Below, one piece after another: positions 63,587-64,000 of a DNA stretch of 64,000 bases. Source of the DNA: a virus (taxonomy: Duplodnaviria > Caudoviricetes); the IMG/VR virus record IMGVR_UViG_3300028833_000074, positions 64,001 through 128,000 of that record; one strand, 5' to 3'. How positions within the stretch are numbered: position 1 is the first letter of the stretch; each line of letters opens with the position of its first letter. The notes beneath the pieces are model-generated. The model did no database searches and had not been told where the DNA came from. It worked only from the letters and a program-made list of their open reading frames with translations. The position numbers and the translations under genes are program-made.

Positions 63587-64000
63587 AAAGATTCTTGGGG
63601 CATTTACTTGCCCCTTGTGTAAAGTATATATAGTTATAATATCATCCCCTTATATATTATAATAAGAAGTGCGAAGTTTTTCTGTCATATCTTCAAAATC
63701 ATCCTTGTCGATATCTAATAAATATAGCCAAGTGTCAATGATATTTTCTTCATAATCAATTGTGATTGTTTCAATATCACAACGATGAATGAAGATGTCT
63801 TGAATATCCCTTTGACCATTAAAGGTGACTTCGTAGCAGTCACTATAATCAATATTGTCGATATATGTTTTTGTAAAAGTCATATAGATATCAAAATCGA
63901 TATTAACTTCAGATAAATGACATACACCAATTTTTAGGCTTTGTAATTTGATATCTTGCCTTTGCAAGAGTATAGAAAGCATTCTCCATCTTTCTGTTTG

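Noticed and set aside
1-64000. Alternative genetic code, or a diversity-generating retroelement
   Set aside because: Long genes are intact under the standard code; no reverse transcriptase or adenine-specific TR/VR pair was seen.

Overview
This very AT-rich 64-kb window looks like part of a large tailed virus (Caudoviricetes-like) of a Methanobacteriales host, probably Methanobrevibacter. The host is inferred from an HMf-type histone, GGTGAT/GGAGG ribosome-binding sites, archaeal TTTATATA promoters, a Methanobrevibacter-style adhesin domain and an archaeo-eukaryotic primase. 1-11.8 kb (+) encodes baseplate/tail-fibre-like and lysis-like proteins. 11.8-26.8 kb (-) is a replication and nucleotide module: histone, NrdD, dUTPase, a nuclease-less IS110/Nop-domain (TasA-like) protein, an ERCC4 nuclease, a fused PriS-PriL primase, Cas4-like and GIY-YIG nucleases, a bacterial-type DnaE split into three genes with PCNA-binding (PIP)-like motifs, and a Sak4-like ATPase. 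28.0-28.7 kb holds two tRNA-Thr genes, a tRNA-like element and several stem-loops whose loops read as anti-RBS sequences. 35-43 kb carries four tandem VIP2/Alt-like ADP-ribosyltransferase paralogues interleaved with three paralogous ~90-aa partner genes, followed by a gp88-like Fe-S protein. 43-64 kb is an accessory region with a bile-salt-hydrolase-family enzyme, a shuffled 'MSxxRF...ENEQLK' small-gene family, a dispersed 32-bp repeat, an SF3 helicase with a candidate origin, a second histone-fold protein, a ferredoxin, SWIM and PcfJ proteins. The best candidates for undescribed biology are the ART/partner array, the anti-RBS small-RNA cluster (possibly linked to the TasA-like protein) and the tripartite, possibly PCNA-adapted DnaE. 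All family calls come from motif recognition by eye; no database search or folding program was run.
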